DNA from: Acetobacteraceae bacterium
GTDB taxonomy: Bacteria > Pseudomonadota > Alphaproteobacteria > Acetobacterales > Acetobacteraceae
DNA length: 64,000 bases
Direction: 5' to 3'
NCBI GenBank assembly: GCA_049522565.1
Contig: JBEKNT010000001.1
Span: 677 to 64,676 of the forward strand
Part shown: positions 27,756 to 38,800 of the stretch, one piece after another
Layout: each line of letters opens with the position of its first letter
How positions within the stretch are numbered: the first letter of the stretch is position 1
The notes under the pieces: model-generated
The model's input: the letters and a program-made list of their open reading frames with translations, nothing else
Told to the model about the DNA's origin: nothing
Databases searched by the model: none
Position numbers and translations under genes: made by a program

Positions 27756-28544
27756 ATGCAGGAAGCGACTTTGCCGCCGCCGGCGCAGCAGCGGCTGGCA
27801 GCCCTGATGGACCGCGCCGTGGACACGCTGGAGGCATTGCTGGATGACCCTGGCCTGCCGGCAGAGCGGCGGGCCGACCTGGCGCTGCGCATGCTGGACC
27901 TCGTGCTGGCAGGCGAGACGGATGCGCCGCCGGCCACGCCCGTCAGCGGGCTGCTGCCGGCCCGGTGCTTCGCCATCCCGGATTTCCTGTCGCCCGACCT
28001 ACACGCGGCGGCGGTGGCGACGGCGCTCCAGTTGCGCGACCGCTTCGTTGCATCCTCGGTGACCAGCGCCGAGCCCGGCTACCGGCGCTCGCGCGTGCTG
28101 TACGAGGACTCCCTTCCGACGCTTTACCCCGCGATGCGGCAGGAGATCATGGCCGTGTTGCCGGCGGTATGCACGGCCCTGGTGCTGCCGGTCTTTGCCC
28201 CGAGTCATCTGGAACTGCATATGACGGTGCATGGCGACGGAGACTTCTTCAAGGTGCACACCGATACAGCGGCACCGGAGATCGCGCGGCGCACGATCAG
28301 CTTCGCCTATTACTTCATAGTACGGCAGCCGTGCGGTTTCAGCGGCGGGACTTTGCGCCTGTACGAAACGATCGACGCGGAGCCGCCGCGGCACGAGCCG
28401 GCGCGGTTCCAGGACGTGACGCCGGCGGACAACATGATCGTGTTCTTCGAAAGCCGCTTGCTGCATGAGGTGCTGCCGCTGCACGTTCCGTCAGGCACCT
28501 TCGAGGACGGCCGCTTCACCCTGAACGGCTGGCTGCAACGCTGA
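27756..28544 (+). CDS. 2OG-Fe(II) oxygenase, prolyl-4-hydroxylase-like
   Basis: 262-aa ORF starting directly after the TPR stop (TGAATG). FFKVHTDTA (HxD), ISFAYYF, FSGGTLRLYE, IVFFESRLLHEVLPL (distal His), GRFTLNGWL (Arg). Confidence 0.78.
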   Translation: MQEATLPPPAQQRLAALMDRAVDTLEALLDDPGLPAERRADLALRMLDLVLAGETDAPPATPVSGLLPARCFAIPDFLSPDLHAAAVATALQLRDRFVASSVTSAEPGYRRSRVLYEDSLPTLYPAMRQEIMAVLPAVCTALVLPVFAPSHLELHMTVHGDGDFFKVHTDTAAPEIARRTISFAYYFIVRQPCGFSGGTLRLYETIDAEPPRHEPARFQDVTPADNMIVFFESRLLHEVLPLHVPSGTFEDGRFTLNGWLQR

Positions 28545-28675
28545 AGCGTGCGCGGGGCGTGCATCAGCCGCCGCCGCGCACCGAAGTCGGTAAAGGCCTG
28601 CCGCGAAAACTCTCCGCTGACGCCTGCCCGTGACGCCGGTACAAGCGGCGTCCGCGACTTTGCTGCACCCACATA

Positions 28676-28740
28676 GGAAAGGCGTGGATGCCGACCGGAC
28701 CCTGCCCCCCCGGCGCTTTGACCCGGGCGTCGGCATGACG
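28676..28740. repeat. Intergenic repeat, family A (single module)
   Basis: GGAAAGGCGTGGATGCCGACCGGACCCTGCCCCCCCGGCGCTTTGACCCGGGCGTCGGCATGACG is near-identical to 63368-63428 and to the reverse complement of 18908-18970. Confidence 0.75.
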
Positions 28741-29009
28741 GGTTGGCACGGCCGTCGGACGCTGCTGCGGGATGCGTTGCCGTGCTCGGTAGCCCAGGCG
28801 TGTTGCGGCGGCTGCGCCGGGCCGGCGCGTCACGGCGGATTCACGGAATGCTGCCGGGAAGCCTGACGATTGCGCGGAACGCGACGTGATGGTGCACGCA
28901 CCTGGAAGCGCCGGCCGATCGAGGTACGCAAAAACCCCCGCCCGGAGTGGATGAGTCGCGTCCCCCTCTGGGAGCGACACGCCGAACCATAAACGGGGGA
29001 ACCAAGCAC

Positions 29010-29759
29010 ATGAGCCTCGCCGCTGACGCCAAGGGCTTGCCACTGTTCTACCGCCAGGTCCGCATGCTCAACACGCTGCGCGACCAGGACCTGCGCCTGA
29101 TGCCGCCGTCCGATTATGGATTCGCGGCCGGCAGCAATTCCATTCCGCTGGTGGCCGAGGAGTTCTTCGCCGCCCAGGCGCACTATCCCATCGTTTTCGC
29201 CGGCACCGAACACCCATCGCCGGTCGCGATCGTCGGACTGCGCGACAACGAGAACCTGTTCGTCGATGCCGACGGTACCTGGCGCGCCGACAGCTATCTG
29301 CCGCTGTATGTCCGCCGGCATCCCTTCATCTTCATCAAGGGCAATGACGGCACGTTGCACCTTGGTATTGACGCCGCCTCGCCGCGGCTGTCCGCGGATC
29401 GCGGGGAGCGGCTGTTCGATGCCAACCAGCCGACCGCGCTGACCAACGGCCTGCTCAAATTCTGCTCCGCGTTCAGCCGCCAGCACGACATCGCGGCGGC
29501 GCTCGGCGCGGCGTTGCATGCCCATGCGCTGCTGACGGAGTACCGTTTCGACGTCACCGCGGCCGGCCAGGCGCATCGGGTCGGCGGCTGCCGTGTGGTG
29601 GCGGAGGACCGGCTCGCCGCCCTGCCGGATGACGTCTTCCTCGAATGGCGCCGTGCCGGCTGGCTGCCGATGATCACCGCGCATCTGCTCTCGCTGCGGC
29701 AATGGGAAGCGCTCGGCCGGCTGGCCATGGAGCGCCCCGTTGCTTCGCTCGCCGCCTGA
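29010..29759 (+). CDS. SapC family protein (function unknown)
   Basis: I place the start at ATG 29010 (GGGGGA 9 nt upstream). IPLVAEEFFAAQAHYPIVFAG...PVAIVGLRDNENLFVDADGTWRADSYLPLYVRRHPFIF matches my recollection of the SapC-family N-terminal signature. Confidence 0.72.
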   Translation: MSLAADAKGLPLFYRQVRMLNTLRDQDLRLMPPSDYGFAAGSNSIPLVAEEFFAAQAHYPIVFAGTEHPSPVAIVGLRDNENLFVDADGTWRADSYLPLYVRRHPFIFIKGNDGTLHLGIDAASPRLSADRGERLFDANQPTALTNGLLKFCSAFSRQHDIAAALGAALHAHALLTEYRFDVTAAGQAHRVGGCRVVAEDRLAALPDDVFLEWRRAGWLPMITAHLLSLRQWEALGRLAMERPVASLAA

Positions 29760-29820
29760 GCCGCCGCCCGTGTAAGCCCGCTCCTACCCGCCGACTGAGC
29801 CAAAAAAAGGCAACAAAACC

Positions 29821-32800
29821 ATGGCGTTCCCTTTCCTGATGGCGGCACTGCGCGCGCATGGCGAGCGCCGGCAGCGGCGGTTGGCCGCGAATCGTCGGCA
29901 GGCCGAGGGCCGGCTGGTATTCGAGGCCCTGGAACCGCGAGTATTGCTCAGTGCCGACGCGCTGACCGTCGCCCTGAGCGGCGACGCGGCGCATCCCATG
30001 GCGCACGACGTGGTGGTCGAGGCCGTGTCGCAGGCATTGCCCAATATCGAGAGCGCCACGGTGCAAATGGTCCAGGTGGTGGACCTTGCGGCCAACGACC
30101 AGGTGCTCGCCAGCGCGCCGCTCGGCAGCGTCAGCGGGATCAAGATCACCTCCGGCACCGGCGACACCAGCCTGACCGTCGCTACCGCGTCCTTCGGCAC
30201 AGCCAATGTGCCGGCCATCACCTTCGCCGGCGGCAACGGCAACAACACGCTGGCCGTCACCGGCAGCAAGACCACCGACTGGAACATCACCGGCAACGAT
30301 GCGGGCACCGTCACCGGCAGTGCCGCGATCACCTTCACCGGTGTCGCCAACCTGAGCGGCGGCGCGGAGAACACCAACGTCTTTACGGTCACCCAGGACG
30401 GCGCCCTGACCGGCACGCTGAGCGGCACGCCGGACGGCAGCGCCGGCGGCAACGATTCGCTGGTTTTCAAGAGCGACACCGTCACCAATGCGGCTTTCAC
30501 CGCGGCAGGCCCGCATTCCGGCACGATCGACATGGACGGCTCGGTGTTCACCTATGCCGGGCTGACGCCGATCATTTTTTCCGGCAACGCCAGCAACATC
30601 ACCATCACCGGCACCGCCAACACCGACGACCTCACCCTCGCCGACACCAACGTTGCCGGCCAGCTCGAGGTCGCCAGCCTGAACAATTCGCTGGAGAGCG
30701 TCACCTTCGCCCGCCCCAGCGTCTCGCTGACGGTCGATTTCGGGACGGGCAGTAACGACAGCCTGCAGATCGGCACCGTGCAGCTTGCGGGTGCCAGCCT
30801 GACCGTCGCCGGCGGCAACGGCACCGACAGCATCTCGGTGGATGCCAATGCCTATGTCAGCACGCGGGACACCACCGGGAACGCACTGACCGCCCCCTCG
30901 GTCGGCAATTCCGGCGACCTGAGCCTGAGTGCCGAGACCATCACGGTCAACACCGGCGCCAAGCTCTACGCCAACGCCAATAGCGGGTTCACCTCGGGCG
31001 ACGTCACATTGGACGCCGGCTCCCAGGGCGGCGCCGGCCAGACCGCCGCCGCATCGATCGCCGTGCATGGCGCGCAGATCGTCGGCGGCGATGTCGATCT
31101 CGACTCCGCAGCCGGCGCGACCGCCACGATCACCCAGCAGACCCTGGCAACCCTTTCCCTCGATGCGACGGCGCAGACCGCGATCGACGGTGCCAGCGGC
31201 ATCCTCGCCACGGTCGGCGACGTGCAGATCGACGCCAATGTTGACGTCACCGGCCAGGTGACCGCGAACGCCGCGCCGCTCGGTTCGCTCAACGCCGATG
31301 CCGCGCTCGCGTTGTCGGACGTCACCGCCGATGGCGCCGCGACGGTGAGCGGCACCACCGTGCTCGGCGCAGCGGGCGCCGTGGATGTTCACAGCGGCAA
31401 CACCACCAGCGTCACGACGCTGGCGGACGGCAGCACGGGCGGCGCCACGGCCGTCGGCGGCGCGATCGCCCTCGCCGACGTCTCGACCGGCAGCACGGCG
31501 CAACTCGGCACCGGCGTGAAGGTCGCCGCGACCACGGTCGCGGTCGAGGCCGATTCCGCCGACGTGGTTGGCACCACCGCGAATGCCACTGCCGGGGGCG
31601 CAACCGCCAACGGTGCCGCCGCACAGGCCGCCCTGGCCGGCGCGACAACACCCGACGGCAGCGTGACCGTCGCCGCCGCACTCGCCGCCACCACGCTCAA
31701 GGACACCAACACCGCCACCTCGGACGCCACCACGGTCACGACCACCGGGGGCTTCGACGTAATCGCCGACACCAGCCGGCTGGTGGACACCGGCGCGATA
31801 GCAATCGGCGTCCAGGGCGGTCCCGGCGTCGGCGCCGCCGTCGCATTGAACGCGATCTCGGTCAGCAGCAGCGCGACGCTGGGCGACACATCGACCATCT
31901 ACGGCAACGCCGACGTGGATGTCGGCACGCTGCGCACCGGCGACATCTTCGGCGCCGTCGCGCTGTCGGGCGCCGGCAGCACCGATGTGGGCGTTGCCGG
32001 CGCGCTGGCGGTCAACGCCGTCTCCGACGACGCTTTTGCCGGCATCGCCGCCGCGGCGCAGGTCAGCCTGCCGACCGGCAGCCTGACGGTCGGCGTCGGC
32101 CAGGACGGCGACGCCATCACCGACGCCCTCGCGTTCCTCAACGGCGCGTCGCCGGATCCCGGCGTCGGCGCGTCGGTGGCGATCGCGCCGGTGCATTTCA
32201 GCGCCGAGGCCGGCGTCCAGGCCGGCGCGCAGCTTTCCGTCGGTACCGCGTCATCCGCGACCGAGAGCGACGCCAGCTTCTCGGTGGACGCCCAACGGAC
32301 GATCACCACCGTCGCCGACGGCGGCGTTGCGGACGGCACCGCCACCGCCGCCGCGCTGGCGCTGACCGTGGCCCAGGATGGCGCCTCCGCCGAACTCGAT
32401 GCCGGTGCGGTCGTGACCGTCCAAGGCAACCTCACCCTGACCGCGACCCAGACCAGCGACGTGCACACCTCCGGGTCCGCTGAGGCTGGCGCGACGGCCA
32501 CGGTGGCCGCCTTCGGCATCGTGCTCGACAACACCGATGCGACGACCGCCGCCACGGTGGTCGCGCAGGATGCGGTTTCGCTGACCGCCACGGGGCAGAC
32601 TGCCAGCACCACGCTGGCGACCGCGGGCCCGGTCGGCGCGCAGGACGGCGGACCCAACGCCGCGGCGCTGATCGCGGCGGAACTTGGCTTCATCGGCAAT
32701 CCGCCCGGCGTCACGCTGCCCACACCCGCCACCGCGGATGGCGCCTTCGGCGTCGCCGCCGCGATGGCGCTCGGCGTCGCGATCGGCCGCGTCTCCGCCA

Positions 32801-35800
32801 CCGTGCTGCCGGAGACCGCGTCGAAGGAGGCGATCTCCGCGCAGCAGATCTCGCTCGAGGCGGCCGGTGAGGTCACCGCGACAACGCGTGCGGACGCCTC
32901 ACCGATCGACCTGACCTCCGGCCGAGTCGATGTCGGCGCCGCGCTGGCGCTGCAAACCGGCCAGGCGATCATCGTCGCCGAGGTGGACAGCCCAATTTCC
33001 GCACCGGACATCGCCCTGTTGGCAGAAGCCGCGCCGGGCACCGGCATCACGCCAAACACCGTGGCGGGGCTGTTCACCGTGCAGGCCATCGCCGGGGCCG
33101 GCGAATCCGATGTCGGCGTGGCCGGCGCCATGGCAATCGCCGGCGACGGCATCACCGTCCAGGCATTGCTCGACAGCGCGGCGACATCGACCTCGAGCGG
33201 CGTGGTCGTCCTGGCCGCGGTCGGCGACAGTACGTCCAACGTGGACGCCACCGCTCTGTCGGCGGCCGACGGCGTTGGCGCCGGCGCGTCCTTCTCGCTC
33301 AACGTGTCCGACGCCACCGTCACCGCCGAGATCGAGGACGGCGGCTCCGTCACCGGCACCCCCGGCCTGTTGCTGGGCGCCAATGGCGGGCAGAACGCGA
33401 CCACCACCGCGGAGGGCGGGACGGACGCCGGCACCGCGACCGGCGCGGCCTTCGCTCTTGCGGTGGTCACCGACGAGATCACGGCGGGACTGACGACCAG
33501 GGCAACGGCGGCCGCCGGCACCGCCATCCTGCGGGCAACTGGCGACACCACCGCGACAACCACGACGACCGGCGCCGCCGACGGCCAGTATGCGGCGATC
33601 GGCGCCAGCCTGGCGCTCGGCATCCTGGTGGACGACGTGTCGGCCGACGTGGCCGGCAGGCTGATTGCGACCGGCCCGGTCACCATGACCGCCACCGGCA
33701 CGAACACCCAGACGACAACGGCCGATGCCGGATCGCTCGGCGCCGAGGACGGCAGCCTCAGCGCCGGTGCATTGCTCGCCAACCAGCTTGCCCTGCTCAA
33801 CGACCCGAACGGCATCATCGTGCCCGCGCTGACGACCGGTGCCGGCACCGTGGGCGTCGCGGCGGCGCTCTCCTTCGGCGTCGATGACGCCACGGTTGAG
33901 ACCGACATCTCCGGCAGGGTGTTGACCGAAGGCGATCTGACGATGACCGCCACCGGCGGTACCACCGCGAAGAGCGAAGCGAGCGGCGCGACGGTAGATC
34001 CGAGCCTGGATGGCACCGGCGTTGCCGCCGCGGTGGCCGTGATGGTCGCAACCCCCAAGGTGAGCGCGCGCATCGACGGCGACGCGCTCGCCGCCGATGC
34101 GACGCTGACCGCCAACATGGCGACACCTACCGGGCACGACATCGAGTCCAACGCGGAATCCGGCGCGGGCGATCCCAACACAGGCGTCGCCGGTTCCTTC
34201 GCGTTGACCGTTGCAGCACCTGTCACCGAGGCGGTGATCGGCGGCAGCGGCATCCTCGAAACCCTCCCGGGCGGCAATGTGACGCTGTCCGCCACGGGTG
34301 CCTCGCAGATCGCCGCGGACGCCCGGGCGGAGATCCTTGGGCCGGGCAGGTCCGGCCTGGGAGCCAGCGTCGCGCTCGACATCGCGCTCGACGACACCCA
34401 CGCGATGCTGGACCAGGGCGCCCAGGTGCTGGACGCCAACAACCTCACGCTGACCGCCAAGGGCACTTACGGTTCCGCTGCCCACGCCGAGGCGGGCGAC
34501 CAATCGGGCGGCGCTGCCGGCGCGATTGCGATCAACGTCGCCCCACAGGACACCGAGGCGGAGGCCAATCCGGGGCCCTCGCTGACCCTCACCGGCACCT
34601 TGATGCTGCAAGCGGAGCAGAACCAGGGCAGCATCGCCGATGCGAACGGCGGCTCCAGCGACCGCGGCGGCGGGTTCGGCGCCGCGCTCGCGGTCAACGC
34701 ACCGGTCGCCAGCACCACCGCCCTGCTGGATCGCGGCGCCAATGTTGCCAATGCCATCAACGTTATCGCCGATTCGACCGCCAGCGCCGAGGCGGAGGCC
34801 ACCGCCGGCATTAAAGGCGGCTCCGACGACGGCACCGCGGATGGACTGAGCGCGCAATGGCTCGGCGTGGCCGGAACCGACGGCTCCACGACACCGCCCA
34901 CCATCCCCAGCATCTCGGCGGCGCTGGCCAACGGCGCACAGCAGCTTGGACTGACGCTGCCGGAAGTGGATGCCGCCGCCGCGCTGTCGGTGGACGCCGC
35001 GTTCGGCACGACCAGCGCCAGCATCGCCGGCGGCGACCCGATCATCGCCGGCGGCAACGTCCTGGTGCTGGCGACTGGCGGCAGCACGGCGGACAGCCAG
35101 GCCGATGCCAGCGCCATCACTACCGCCGATGCCGGCGCGGTCGGCTTCGGCTTTGCGGTGGATTTCGACGACCAGGCGCTCGACGCCTCGATCGGCGCAG
35201 GCACCCCGGTCAGCGCGCAGTCGATCACGGTCCAGGCGACGGTGCCGCGCGAGCAAGCGCAGCAGGCCTCGGCGGAGGCGATGTCGGGGGCCGGCGCGTC
35301 CGACGGGATTGCCGGCGCCCTCGCGCTCAGCCTGGTGGATAACAGCACCGAGGCGCAGATTCTGAGTACCGCGCCGATCACCGCCCCGGGTTTCATTGTC
35401 GTCGAGGCGACCGGGGACACCTCCTCGGCGGCGACCGCGGGCGAGGATGTCAACGGCACAGTCGCCGGGACGGGCATCTCGCTCGCCGGGAACCTCATGG
35501 TCGATCACACCGCCGCGAACGTTATCGCGGGGGCCGACCTCAACAGCCTGGGCCAGATCCGCATCGAGGCCGACGGCACGCAGTCGCTGCAAAGCGAGTC
35601 CGCCGGCACGGCAACGGCCGGACTGGGTGCGGTGCCGGCCAGCCTGACGGCGGACGTATTGCTCGCGACGACCGCCGCATCGGTGGGCGACGGCGCCAAG
35701 ATCGATACGGGCATCACCGGCGGTACGGCAACACAGAATTTACTGGTGCTGGCGGATGACTCCACAAGTCTGAACGCGACCGCCGGCAGCCTCGGCGCCG

Positions 35801-38800
35801 GTGCGCTGGCAGGGGCCGGCGCGGCCGCGCAGTTCTCCGATCTGCTGAAGCAGACCACCGCCGATATGGACGGCACCGTGCAGGTCGCGGGCAGCGTGGA
35901 GGTGGAGGCACAGTCGAAGGAGGCCGGCTTCACGGCGGCCGATGCCGGCGCGATGGCCGCGGGCGTGTCGGTCGCCGGCGGCGCCGGCGTGCAGATGGGC
36001 GACCTGCTGACCCATGCCGCGATCGACGGCGACGCGCACGTGCGCGCGGTGGGCGACGTGGTGGTGACCGCGCTCGACACCACGCAGATGGATGTCTTTG
36101 CCGGTGCGGTGAATGCCGCGGTTGCCGCATCCGCCGGCGCCGGCATCGGCGCGATCGGCCTGATGAAGACGACCGAGGCGCTGATCGAAAACAACGCGGT
36201 GGTCGATGCCGAGGGCGAAGGCGCCGGCACCCAGGTCGCGAACGGCTTCACCATCAGCTTCGTACCCGGGAGTTCGATCCCTGGCGAGGTCGCCAAGCCG
36301 TTCCTGCCAAGCGCGCTGACCGACATTTTCGGCATCCTGCTGAACAACCCGCTGCACAACCTGATCTCGCCGGTCGGCTCGATCCCGAGCGACGACTTCT
36401 CGTCTCAGGACCGAGTCGCGACACCGACCTTCACGACCGTCCACGGTGTTGCGGTGACCGCGCTATCGCACGACGACCTGGCGCTCCAGGCCACCGGGCT
36501 TGGCGCCTCCGATGTCGCAGGGCTGGAGCTGTCGGCGTCCGGCGTGGTCGATAACGCGACCACGCGTGCGGAAATCGGCGCTGGCGCGCTGGTCGACCAG
36601 AGCGGCCTGCCCAGCAGCACCTCGCAGTCCGTGCTGGTCTTTGCCGATGGCGACACCCAGGCGATGGTGATCGCCGGAACGGATTCGATCAGCGGCTTGC
36701 TGGCTGTTGGTCCCGCCGCTGCACTGCTGGCGATCGACCCCGATACGATTGCGTTCATCGGCGCTGGCGCAAAGGTGTCGGCGATCGACGACCTCACGGT
36801 CCAGGCCGTCGGTACCGACGATCTGCTGACCGACGCGACGGACGTCGTCGCCAGCGACCTCAGCGTCGCCGGATCGGTGGACGCGCTGGTGCTCGGCGGT
36901 GAGACCTATGCCTACGTGGACGCCAACGCGACGGTGATCGCGGGCGGCTCGGTCAGCATTGTGGCGAACGAAACCAGCCAGAGCGAAAACGTCGCGGGCG
37001 CGCTGTCCGACGGCACCAGCGGTCCGGTCGCCGTCGGCGCCTCGGCCGGGATCAGCCTGGTCGCCACCGACACCGAAGCCTGGATCGCCTCCGACGCGCA
37101 TGTCACGGCGCTCGGCCTAGAGACCGACCAGGTTCCCGGGATTGAAACCGACCCGACCTCGGCGACGGATTTCACGGTGATCGAGGGCGTGTCGGTGCTG
37201 GCCACCACCAACGACCTGGTGATGGACCTGGTGGCGAACGGCAGCGCGGGCGGCTTCGCGGCGTTCATCGGCAGCGGCGCCGGCGTCGTCATCGGCAACA
37301 CCACCGCCGCCTATATCGGCACCGGCGCCGTGGTGCATGCCGGCGCGTTCGGCCTCAACGGGTTGCCGCTGGCCAACGCCACGCCGGCGACCGTCTCGGT
37401 CGGCGCGGTGGACAACACGCACAGCTTCGACGGCATCGCCAGCGTGGTCGATGGCGACCTGGCGATATCCGGCGCGGCCGATGCCGGCGTTATGCGCGAC
37501 GCCACCAGCGCGACCATCGATGCCGGCGCGACGATCAAGGCCAGCGGCGACGTCGATGTCGCGGCGTGGTCCACCGAGGTGGTGGACAGCTTCGTCGGCG
37601 GCCTGGGCCTGACCAGCGGCGGGATCGAGCTGAATGTCTCGGCCTCCGTCTACTCCATCGGTGCCGTCGCCGGCAGCGATCTGCTTGATCCGCTGTCCGT
37701 GGTCGGCGGCCCGGGCAGCCTGGAAAGCTACCTCGACGGGCTGCTGCAAGGCATGGTGGCGCAGGCCGGCCAGGGCATCGTCGGCATATTGAATCAATAC
37801 GCCGCCGGGGTCGGCGGGCAGCAGGCGGCGGCGACCCAGCTTGCCGCGCTGACGCCGAACGACCCGGTAACCGGCGCGCTGACCGCCAGCAATCTCGGCA
37901 AGATCGGCACGCTGGCAAATATCGACGACGCCAAGGTGACCGCCTATGGCAATGTCGGGGTGACCGCGGTCGATGCGGTGACGCCGGACCTCGATACCAG
38001 CTTCACCTTCTCCTATTCGTTCGGCAGCAACGACCAGAACCTGAACCTGTCGCTGGATGGCGGGCTGCTCGCCGGCCGGGCCAACGCGACCGCGTCGATC
38101 ACCGGCGGCAGCGACGTGACCGCCACGGACAACGTCGCCGTGCAGTCGCAGGCCAGCACCACGCAGACCGTCAACTCGACCTACGCGTTCAACAGCAGCA
38201 GCGACAATTCCTCGGCCCTGGTGGACGATTCGCGGCTGACCGCCGGCGGCGACGTCACGGTCAATGCGCAGATGAACGGCTACAACAAGTATTCCGGCAT
38301 CCTGCCCGGCATCAACGGACTGAAGATCCGTACCTCCTACAACAATGAACAGAACACCACGATCGCCTCGGTGACCGGCCATTCGGTCATCGATGCCGAC
38401 GGGACCGTCACGGTCAACGCCTTCTCCACCTCCGAAGACCACACCATCGCCGACGGCGCCACCTTGCTCGACCAGGGTTTCGAAGGGTCGTTTACGCTCG
38501 GTGTGGCGCTGGCCTGGAACCAGATCGGCGACACCACCTCCGCCACCATCACCGACAGCAACGCGTTGGCGGCGAGCGTCGCCGTAACGGCGACCGCCGA
38601 CACCGAGGATTTCACCGTCGCCCTGGGGATCGGGGACGGCGACAACAACTCGGTGTCGCTGGGCGGGTCCGGCGCGGAAAACCTCATGAACGACATCGTT
38701 TCGGCGAGCATCGAGGGCGCAACCGTCCTCGCACCGGGCGGCGTCTCGGTGCTTTCGACCGACGACGAGAGCCTGACCGCGATCACCGGCGCAGCGGTCG

